A stretch of DNA of 64,000 nucleotides from Camelus dromedarius (Eukaryota), in NCBI RefSeq assembly GCF_036321535.1, contig NC_087436.1, forward strand, positions 119,786,001 through 119,850,000. The letters are read 5' to 3'. Under the pieces are notes generated by a model that did no database searches, was not told where the DNA came from, and worked only from the letters and a program-made list of their open reading frames with translations. Shown in pieces: positions 24,441-35,115 of this stretch; within the stretch, counting starts at the first letter, position 1; each line of letters opens with the position of its first letter. A program made the translations under genes and the position numbers.

Positions 24441-26539
24441 ATGGGGGTGGTGGGGCTTGGTCTGGAGAAGACAAGGTTTAGGGAGGGCATGGTGGCTGTT
24501 CCAGACCACCAAGTGCCGTCCTGGGGACCAGGAAGTAGGCAGGGCTGTGGGGTCCAGAGGGCAGAACTAGGAGCTGGGGTTCCATCCAGGGGGGAATTGC
24601 TATGGTGGAGATCCCTCACGGGGACAGGGTGGTCTCAGACAGTGGGCAGTGGGTATCAGGAAGGATGTGTGAGCCACGTTGAGGAGGAGGTGGCAGGGCC
24701 CCAGTGCTTGGGAAACAGTGTCCTCTGAGATCACAGTGCTGAGCAGCCCTCAGGGGGCTTTGGTGGGATTCAGGAGTAATGTGATCCTGGGGCCTCTTCT
24801 GAGACCCCTTCCGGCATACCCTATCAGCTGGAGCCCACGTGGCATGCATGACACCAGTCGAGCTCAAGTGGGTCCGTGGCTGGCCCCCGAGCTGCACGCC
24901 CACCGTGGGAGAGGTGGGCAGCCTGCAGATGTTTGCCCTCAGTCCTGCTAGATTTTGCTTCCTCCTTCGACATGGAGCTGTTTCCCAGTTCCCTCGAGAT
25001 GGGGGACTCTGCCTGCTTTGCTTCTTCCTTGGCGCACACGGTACTGGAAGCTAAAATCTGCCTGGGTCCCCATGTGGGCTGTTGGTGGCAGGTGCACGGC
25101 GGGGCTGGGCTCTGGGTTGCGTCAGAGGGAGAAGCCCCCCACCCTGTGCCACTCTGTTGCAAAAGGAATGCCCATCTCTTTCCCAAGAGGTGCCCTGTCC
25201 TCTCAGCTCCTCTGCTGCTTCCTCTGACCTGGAGACGGCCCGGGCAGTGATAAGAGCCCAGGTTTCCAGGCCTGAGATGAGTGCCTCCTGGCTCTGTCTT
25301 GTTAGCTTTGTGGCCTTGGGAAAGTCACTTCCCCTCTCTGAGCCCAGGTCACACCATCTGTAAAACGGGTCCAATGAGGTAATGGAGGGAAGATATGAAG
25401 CTCAGAGCCTGGCTCATAGGCAGCGTCAGGAAACACTGGCCGCTATGTCATCATCATCCTTCTTTAAGCCTCCTTGTTGCCCTTGGTGAAGGCAGTGCAG
25501 GGGGATGTCACTGAATCAGGCCTGAGTCTCTTTGTGCAGTGAATGTGGTCTCCAGTGTCTCTCTCCACTGGTCACTGGGGACAAAGGGGTGACTATGCCA
25601 CAGTCCCGGCTCTTCAGGGATCCAGAGGCTCTGTCCCCGTCTCCGGTGCCCACCCTAGTCCGTGCCACCATCGCCTCTCCCCGGGATGACCGCTGAGGCC
25701 TCCCTGCCCTCCCTGTCTGTGCTTTGGCCTCCTCTGGTCCCCTGGGTCTTTGTGAAGGTGAGGTCATGTCCAGAGGCCCCTGCTGCTCTGAGAAGGACAT
25801 CCAGAGGGCCACGCTCACAGGAGAGGGCCTGGCGGTGGAGGGGTGGGCCCGAGCCTCGTTCCCCCTTGGAGCCACCTTGACCGCTCACTCCCGGCCCCCT
25901 ACGTGTGAAAGGAAGGACCAAGTGGGTAGATTCTAACCCGGCTGATGCCGCCTTCCATCACTTTTCCTGCCTGTGCCCTCGTTTTGGAGACAGCCCACCG
26001 AGTCGTGCAGATTGATCGGACACGCGATCTCTGTTCAGCAAGCCTGAGCCTGACTTCAGCGCCCCGACCAGCTCCAGGCGCCGCACCTCCTCATCTCCGT
26101 GAACTGTGCCACCTCTAGCCGACCCTCCCAGACCTGGCAGCCTGGGTCCCCTTCATTTCAGAGCGTCCTGCTCTGGCCTCCTCAGGCCATGCCCTCCCTA
26201 GGGACAAGGGGCCCAAGGGCCAAGGGGATGTGCTTCTCCCAGCGGCTGCAGCCCCTTCTAAGGTGTGGATGCCCCGGCCCATCCTGCAGCCTGGGCAGGC
26301 CCCTTCCCTGGCCCTCCTGGCAGGGGGACTGCACTTGAGGCCAGCATGGCTGCCAGGGGATGTGGAGGGGACACTCTGGCTGGAGTCCACAGACGTGCAT
26401 GAGGCCCCTTGTAGTGCAGGGCAGAGCCAGGTGGAAGGAGAATTGGGGTGGCCCCAAAAGCCCCCAACTGTGCTCCTGGCCCGCTGGCTGTTAGGACTAG
26501 GATGTATCAGGATTGGGACCACTGCACACCATTTCTCAG

Positions 26540-27300
26540 ACTCTCAAGCCTCCTTAATCTCTTGCTCATCAGCAAGCCCTGATGGTTCCTCCTCCAGGAT
26601 ATGCCCCTAACCCGAACCCCTGCCCCTCCATCCCCACAGCACCTCCCGCACCACCATCTCCCACCAGGACACCTGCATCAGCCGTCACTCTAGTCTCCCT
26701 GCTTCTTCCCTTGCCCGCTTAGGGTCCGCCCAGCCACCAAAGTGAACTGTCAGAGAGCAAAGCGGACCCATCACTGCCCCTCTTATGACTGGCCCATGGC
26801 TCTCCATCCCACGTGGACGTCCTGCACCCACGGGGATCCCCAGGGAATGCCTCTCACCTCTCAGGTGGCTTCTCCCATGGCTATGCCCACCTTCTCTGCC
26901 CCTCCCACCCGCTTCCCAGCCTTTGCGTGCCCCATCGTCCGTCTCCTGGAAATCCTTCCCTGGACATAGCAGGCCCCATTAGTCAGGTGCCAGCTCAGCG
27001 CCACGTCCTCGGAGCCACCAGCCCCGTCTTGAGTAGCGCCTTCTGCTCGGTGCTATTGCTCCGTGCTCTTTCCTCTGAGTTGCATTTCTCACACTCTCTC
27101 AGGGTTTCAGTGCATTATTTGTGATGGTATTATTTTAATGAAATTTCCGTTTCTGAACGTTGGTGTTATTTGTTCAGTAATGGCTTGTCTGTCTGCCCTG
27201 TTAGGCAGCAGTCTGCAGGGGGCAGCAACCTTGCTTGTGTGGTTCACAAGTGCCTAGAACAGTGCTGGGTGCACAGTAGGTCCACCCATGGGGTTGAAAG
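26540..27300 (+). mobile_element. L2 LINE fragment
   Basis: ccaccatctcccaccaggacacctgca...tctccctgcttc...gtgcctagaacagtgctgggtgcacagtagg, the L2 3' region. Confidence 0.7.
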
Positions 27301-27484
27301 ACATTCTGTGTGGCTGGTCTGTGAGCTCCTTTGGTGGATAGAGAACAGGTCTGTCCAGGACCAGTGCCCACCCTTACCCAGCGTCTGGCAGAGTCAGTAG
27401 TTGGGAGGGCAGAGAGGACTGGCAGATATCTCCAGGGCATGGGGCTGCCTTTAGCTTCTTGAATTCAGGAGCCTTGGAAACAGG

Positions 27485-27742
27485 GCTAAATGCATAACAA
27501 CCGGCACTCCAGGAGAAAGAAAAAAAACCCAAAAAACAACCAACCAAAAAACACCTAATTTGAAGTGCTTGCCAACGTCCATGGTATAAATTCTCCCACC
27601 ATGGCTGATTTCAAGCTTCTAGCAGGAAGTCGCTGAACACAGCCTTGCGAGGAGACGTGCACCCTCAGCTCTGGCTAGCTGATGTGAGCTGGCTGAGCTG
27701 GTCCAGCTGGTGAGAGCTGGGTGGAACTGGCACCGGTACACT
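27485..27742. mobile_element. MER63-like hAT DNA transposon
   Basis: taacaaccggcactcc...tcccaccatggctgatttcaagct matches the MER63 core I recall. Confidence 0.6.
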
Positions 27743-30700
27743 GTTGTCTAGGGAGTTTCTGGAGCCGTCCAGCCTTCTAGGAGTGTATCCCTCCTTCACA
27801 GGGAGGATGCTTCAGGTCCAGACGGGCAGATGGGATGTTGCTGGCTTTTCCTGGGAATCTTGTCCCTCCCCGGCCCCCAGCCAGTAACCCTGGCACCTCA
27901 AGTTTCTCCTGGCCATGTGTGAGGAGGTTGGTGGGGGCTACAGTGCTGGACCTGGCCTCTGGTGCCTCTTCTGAACAATGGGATAATAATTGCACCCCTC
28001 TTCAGGAAACCCTTGGACAGCAAGAGCCCTGAGGACAGAAAGGATTGGGGAGCTCTGTCTGTGGCCTAGGAGGCCCTGGCCTGAGCACCAGGTGACCTGT
28101 GATGTCTCTCTGCCTCTTGGCTTCACTGCCTTTGTTGCCCAGTGTGGATGCCAAGCCGGCCTTGGCTGTAGAATCCGGGTCTGCACAGCTCTCTGAACTC
28201 GTGGGGAATCAGGGGCCCAGAATGATCCAGAAGCTTGCCCGAAGTCATCCAGTGCCCCTCTTTGAGGCTGTCCCCTCCTCCTCACCCCAGCAGGACTGGC
28301 TCCCAGCAGCTCCTCAGCCCATAGCCCTGTGGGTAATGGCTTTTCCAAGGAGGGTCTCAGCAGCAGAGGGACCACTGCTTCGTCATCCCTAAGGGATGCA
28401 CACAAACCTTAAGTCAACTCCCACCTGTCCCAGGAAGGTCACCAGCCAGGGCCTATCACAGCCAGCACCAAAGTCGAGGCATAAGGACCTCAGGCCACAC
28501 AGCCCCTGTGCCCCCCCACCTCCTGGAGGTGCAGGCGCATCTCCAGGGACAGCTGGTGGGGGCGCTCTCTGGCCCTTGGCGGGTGTGGGATCAGCAGGAG
28601 GGCAGAACAGACTCCCTGTCCCTGACCTTGGCCCCCTTGAGCCCAGGAGCCTGGGGGCTGGGGTGCAGGTGAAGGAGGAACCTTGGGCAGAGTGGGGGGA
28701 GGGGATTCCACACTTGCCTGTGACCCCCCCCCCGCCCCCCGCTTTCTTCACTCCTCACCTTTGGTTCAGGTTCTGCTGAACTAAAATCACCGGCAACCAG
28801 CACAGCGATGCTAGCGTCTTGTGTTTCCATTTTCGCCAGGTGCCACCATCCCTGTCCCTCGATGGCTGTAGAGCGACCGTGCGGAGTCCCAGAGGACTGG
28901 CTGCATGGTCTTGGGCAACACACTAGCTTCCCGGTGCCATCCCCCAGACGGTTAAGTAAGACAGCGCTGGCAGGCCCCGCCCCCTTTCTGCTGTCCCGTG
29001 GTGTCGTAATCCAGCCCCTCCCCTGGGAACGTCAACCTGAGAAACTGGTTCGGGGATCTGGGAGGTGAAACTTTGCTTCCTCTGCCATTACTCCCATTGT
29101 CCCACATAAACACACAGTCGTCTCTGATCAGGAACCTGACACCAAACCGGTTCCAGTGCCTTCCAGGACTGGGCGAGGAATCAGAAAGAAACAGGCCGGA
29201 CTTCTGAGCACCAGAGAGCTGTCAGGAGGCCCAGGTGCGAAATTCCAGCAGGCGAGTCCCTGCCTGCTAGGTCACGTGCGGGCCTCCGGGCCAGGCCTCG
29301 TCTACAGGCACGTTTGGTTTGGCCAGAAGAGGACTTTAAAGTAAGGCAGTTGAGCCGCTAGCATCTAAGAATTTCGAGATCTCCCACAGGCAGCCTGGGG
29401 TGCTGACCTCTGGAGGAGTTAGAGGAAGGGGTGGCAGTGGCTGCATCCTCCCGGGACCACAGGTTGCCCCCCGGGAGGGGCCTAGCTTCGGCATTGTCCA
29501 CGGCCCTCGGGCCCTGGAGTGTTTGTGCTCCAACCCATCTAGTCTGCCCTCTTCCAGTTACTGAAGGGAAACTGAGGCACAGAGGAGGGTGGTCCATTCC
29601 CGGAGAGGCAGGCCTAGAGCCCAGGCCGCCAGTGGGGTGGCCGCTGTCCTTTCCCCGGGGGCCCAGGAGCGGAGAGCGGGCTAGTTTTCAGATGTCGTAG
29701 CTCGTTCCCCCTCTGCAGGAGGTGACTCCCTGCTGCCGCTGTGTTTGGCTGCGGACCTAGAGGGCAGTGGAGGGGCTGAAGCTGGGGGCCAGGGCCCAGT
29801 TTATCTCGGGGAGAGCTCTCCAGGCCGAGCCTGCTATTCCCAGTGAGCACGGGCTGGCTCCTGGGGCTGCCTGGTGGCCCCGGGCCAGTGGAGAGCCGGG
29901 AGGGCCGTGCAGGCCTTGCCAGCTGGTTTACGGGCAGCTCTGGAAAGAACCTTCCCGCACACACGGCTTACCTGGGGGAGGCCCCAGGGGTGGGTTACCA
30001 AGCATTTGCTTTCAGAGTGTCGTAAGTGCCGCTTTCCAGGGGGGAAGACGACGCCTCACAGAGAAGGGAAGATGCCTTCCCCTGTGTCTGTGTGTCCCTC
30101 CCTCCCCCTCTCTCCTCTCCCGCCCCCCCCCACCCCCGTGTCTCCCAGAGCCTCCCAGCCAACCTCATCATTTCGACTTAACCCCGCGGGAGGGGTTTGT
30201 GAGAGCGGCCAGGACACCTGGCCCACGGACTCTCAGGTCAGCCTGGTGGACGCAGACCCTCAGGGCTCCCTCTGGGCGGCCTGCCTGGGGCGGGTTCCAG
30301 GGTCCTCTGAGCTGTGGGAACTTGCAGACGGTGGCTGGGCGGGGCCTTGGTGTCACCAGCTCCGTGGGGTAGCGCAAGCCTCTGCAGCCATGTGTGCCCA
30401 GCTCCCACCTGGCACTGCGCTTCATCCTCTGACAGACGCCACGGGACTGGTGCCTGTGTCACCACGTTATACTCACGGGGAAAACGAGGCTCAGAATTGT
30501 TAAGGAACCTGCCCAAGGTCACACAGCAGCGAGTGGTGGGTGAAGCTGGGCTCAAACACATCCCTCTGCACAACCTGTGCGCTCTCTGCTCTGCCGTGAG
30601 GTCCCCATGACTCCCAGACTGTTCCAGAAGTGGCGCACCATGTTCAATCAGGCCTGGCTCCAATAACAGTGGGGGTTTCAGAGCAACGGGGCGACCAAGG

Positions 30701-33700
30701 CAGCCTTCCTGAGGGGGGCGTAGTCGATGGAAGCTGGGCTGTCGGGAACAGGCAGGTCTCCATGGTGACAGGAGGGGGGAAGTGGGGCCGTTTCTGGTCT
30801 GGCATGACGGACCCTGCTGGCCGCCAGCATGGCCTCGCTACACGGGCGCCTGGGCCTGAAGGGTCCTGGCTGTCCTGAAGTGGGTTCTGGCAGGGTCTGA
30901 GCCTCCAGGGTGCTGTTCCGGGCCTCGGTACTGGTGTCGGGGGTACGAAGCACCGCGTGGAGGCCTCTTGGGAAGGGCCTCATGCGAGAGGCGCTCAGGA
31001 CCTGGAGGGTCCTTGAGTGATCGAAGGCAGCTGTTTGTCACCCCAGCCCTTGCATCAGAGCCAGACCCTAAATGCAATTGAAGCTTAAGCTTGAGGCCTG
31101 AACCCCATGGTGGGGCAGTCCTCCACCGTGGCCTGTGCTTCAGTTTCCCATCCGTCTCGGAGATTAGCGTATCGTGAAACTTCTGGGCTGAGTGTCTGTC
31201 ACGTCCCTCCCTCACCAGCATTGGAACCACAGTGACCCAAGTTGGGGTGGCCTCCTGCCCTCCGCCCACCACCCCTCCTGAGCTCCTGAGTGCTGGCGAT
31301 TCGGGGACCGGACTGCCTTTGACAGTGACCGTCCCGGTGGGGACGAGGATAGATGCTGCCAGAGGGGCAGGGCCGCCCCCACCCGGGGGGCCGCTTGGAG
31401 GGCTCTCTGGGGGAAGTGAGCACCTTCGCACACCCAGGCCCAGGCCCGCTGTCAGCCGTGGGCCCTTGGGACGCAGCCCACCTGGCCATGGCCTCCCCCA
31501 GGCCATGGAGGACATTCTTATTTGCATAGCGTCCCTGAGAAGGCAGCTGGGACTAAGCAGAAGTGATTCACTTTCATTAATTGAAGGCTAGACTGTCCAT
31601 ATTTTAAACCTGGGGTTGGGGCTGGCCGTGGCTGGGCCTTTTCAGAACCATGTGACTCCACGGAGGCGCTCAGCACTGGCGGTCCCCGCCCAGACCAGAG
31701 GGAGTTTTAGACTGAAGACAGGCACGTAGAGCCAGCGTTTACTGCTTCACCTGGCACTCACAGGGCCCCGTTCTGAGTGGCTCCGCTGTGGGAGATGAGA
31801 ACATAGCGGGGACCACTGAGGCAAAATCCCTGCCCGCCCCCAGAGGTTACGTTGCCCAAGGGGAGACAAACCACAGATGAGATAGAGAAGTGAACCCCAC
31901 GGGTGGTCCCCTGTGGTGACGGCTAAAGCAGACGGTGAGCTGGGACCAGGACTAGGAGGTGCTGGGGGGACCCAACCAGACCTGACCTCACGGGGAGGTG
32001 ACACGGGGACCCTCAGAGAGGACAGACCGGGTGGGGCAGGGCGATGGAGGAAGGCGGGCCCCGAGGGGCAGGCGTGTGAGGCACTTCCACTGCCAGGGTT
32101 GTTTTCGGGGTGGCTGGGGCCATTTCCTAGACAAGGAGACTGAGGCAGAGGGAGGCGCAGGGAGGAGGGCTGGCCTGCTTTTCCTGCCCTAGCTCTGGCA
32201 AGTTGGGGCTGGCCCAGCCCTGACTCTGGGCTCTGTACAGACCATCTGTGCCGATGTGAGTGTGGGCACAGCCACACACCTTCAAGACACCCTATGCCTA
32301 GAGGTCTGGGGGCGATGGTGAAGTAACGAGCATTCATGTTGAGCGAGCGCTTCCCCGATGCTGTCCATCGGCCTGGTGGAGACCTGGGTGGGCTCCCCGC
32401 GGCCGGTGTCCCGGCGCCCCGCGTGCTCACTCTCACGGCCTCAGCCGCAGCAAGCAGCTCAGCCACCCGCTCCCCCAGCTTTCTAATCGAAAAGGAATTT
32501 GATGAGGGAAATGATAAGCAAACAGCAGCCGAGAGTGGTTAAGACGCTCACTTGGGGAAAATAAATCAGCCGTATCAGATCTAGGAATTTCAATGCATCT
32601 TAGGAGGAAGATATGCAAAAAGAAAACAGTGAAACATATTTTAAGGGGCAGGCTAGAGATGCACAAAGACACACTCAGGGGGAGCAGGAGGTTTTAAAAG
32701 CTCCCCCTCCTTGACCTGGCCCTTCTCATATGTTGTCAGCAGTCCTGCTGAGGACGCGTTTAGGAATGGGAAACTGAGGCCCAGGCCGTGGAGTGGTGGA
32801 GTCAGGACTTAAACTCCAGCCTCTTGGGTGCAGAGGATGTGGGGTCAGGAACACAGGGCCTAGAACCTGCTTCTGCCTGGGCTGGACTCCTGGCTCCATT
32901 GCCTACTGGCTGTGTGACCTTGGGCCAATTATTGAACCTCTCTGTCCTTTGTTTCTGCCTCTGTGAAATGGGGTGATAATGGTGCCTCTCTCAAGGTGGT
33001 TCTGAGGGTGAGAAGTGAAGCCAGGCCAAGCTCTCTCGGGGCTGTGCCTCCTAGGGTCACATAGGAAGAAGCCCTTGGTAGGTGAGACCAACATGCACAG
33101 TGCATTGGCTGGGCCCATGTGCAGTGGTAGCTCTGAAGTGGGTTGGTGAGGGCAGAAGGTTCCCAGGCCTGGGAGAGGGGTAGGCAGAGAGAAGGGGCAT
33201 GTGGAGACCCCTCCCTGATCACCTGCCGCAGGTGGATCTGGGTGGGGGGAAGGCGGATGGGATAGCGTCTCAGCTCTGCATGGATGGGTCACCTGTGAGA
33301 CGTGGTGCTCACCCTACCTGGCCTTGCCCAGGCTGACCATGTGTGACCAGTGACGTCCCAGGAAGCTGTGAGCTGTCACACAACTGTCAGGTGTTCCCCC
33401 AGACAGGCTAGATGAGGGGCCGCAGCTCCATCCAGCCCCAGAGAGGGCGCACGCTGGCAGACCGCCAGCCTCTGTGGCTATTCCCCAAGACGTGGTTTGT
33501 GCCCAGTCCAACAGTTTGCATGTCTGTCGATCATAAGCCATCCGTATTTTGGAATCTGACACCAGCTGCCTCTCGTGCTCATGTCCAGGCCCTCAGGTGG
33601 GTGGTCAGCACGACCACCAGCCCTCATCTTGGACAGGGCTGACCAGTGGGCCCAGGCCCAGCCACCAGGCGCCCTCACTGAGGAGTCTCAGGCCAAGCGT

Positions 33701-34119
33701 ACCCGTCTTCCTGGGGCGATGGCCCAGGATAGTTGCCTAAGAGCTCAGGTGTGGCCTCGCAGAAAAGAGCACCCACGCAGGTCTCTTTTAACCCAGACCT
33801 GGGCAATTCTCTTGTTCCAGATGAATTCATCTGAAGGCGACCGCTGGGCTGAAACACTCCTGTGTACATCCCACAAATGTTTCAGCACCTGCTGTGCGCC
33901 AGCCCTGTGCTGGCACAAGGCTCAGCAGGGTTCACACCCTGTGGCCATCCCCAAGGGGGTCACAGTGTGCTGGGGAGGCCGATGATGACACTGTGGCATG
34001 AGGGGAAACCACAGCGGGTGCCTAAACTGGGCCCAGAGCCTCAGGAAAGCTTCCTGGAGGAGGGGACTCCTGGGTAAGGCCAGAAAGAGGAGGTGCTGCC
34101 ACAACTTGTGGACCAGGAC

Positions 34120-34173
34120 CTTGTGAGAATGAAAACACAGCAAATGCCATTTGGGGAAAGCTTGCCATTTATT
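34120..34173 (-). terminator. Candidate PSAPL1 polyadenylation signal
   Basis: This is the first AATAAA I found on the - strand after the stop codon (34173-34168). It is followed about 28 nt later by a GU/U-rich element (CTGTGTTTTCATTCTC). It would give a 3'UTR of about 0.95 kb. Confidence 0.5.
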
Positions 34174-35115
34174 CAATACCTGCACAGCTAGATTTTTCTG
34201 GGGACCCCTGTGCTGGGTTCTGCTGGTCCCAGCAGATCGATGGATGCTGGTCTTTTTGGAGGGGAAGAAGCTTGAGGACACCTCCTCAAATAGTCTGTCT
34301 CAGCGTCCCCAAGAGACAGGTGTGATCACCCCCATTCTACAGATCAGAAAACTGAGGCTCCGACAGGTGGAGGGGTCTGCTTGTCACTGCCCGGCCGCGT
34401 TTGCCTGTGCTGCTCCGCGGCCCCCAGAAGCCACCCCCGACCCCCCGGGCTGGCCCTGTGGGCTCTTTGCCAACACATTTGCCTCTCCTTACTTGGAGCA
34501 CAGCCCAGGCTTCCCGTCTGGGCAGGAGTCTGGGGTACAGGGAGAGAGCCCTGCAGTGGGCAGAGGCATCGGGAGGACTTCTCTGAGCCCAAGAACTCCG
34601 CACAGCATGTGGTCTAGGCCCCAGCCTCCTGCCCACGAAGGTCCACAGACACGCCTCATACGCACCTTTGAGGTCACCCTCAGGGCCCCAGGTTGAGCAG
34701 CTCTGGCTTGACGGTGGCTGTGGATGAGACCTAGCCACCCCCACCCCAGCTGTTTGACAAGAAGGATGGGCTGCTACCTGCCCTCTGCCCCTTCCACCGC
34801 TCACCCCAGCCAGGACCCCCTTAGCCAGGTGAAGAAGGGGCACCAGAGGCCACTGCCAGGCCCCCCACACCGTCCACACCAGCACAGTGATGGAGAGGGG
34901 GCTGTTGGCCGGGGGTGGGGGTGGCGCAATCCAGACGTTCAGTCCATCAGAGGCACATGCAAGGGCAGAGCCGGGGGCCAGGGGTCAAGACAGAGCCCTG
35001 CTGCTTTGAGCCTCCCTGCTTGGAGCCTCAGTTTCTCATCTGTGGAATGGGGATGGGGACAGCTCCCCCTCGTGGGGCCCCTGCGGGATTCAGGGAGATG
35101 AGGGCCTCCCCGGGG

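Noticed and set aside
27665..27730. AGCT-dense stretch resembling Ig switch repeats
   Set aside because: It is only about 60 bp long and lies at the end of the MER63-like element.
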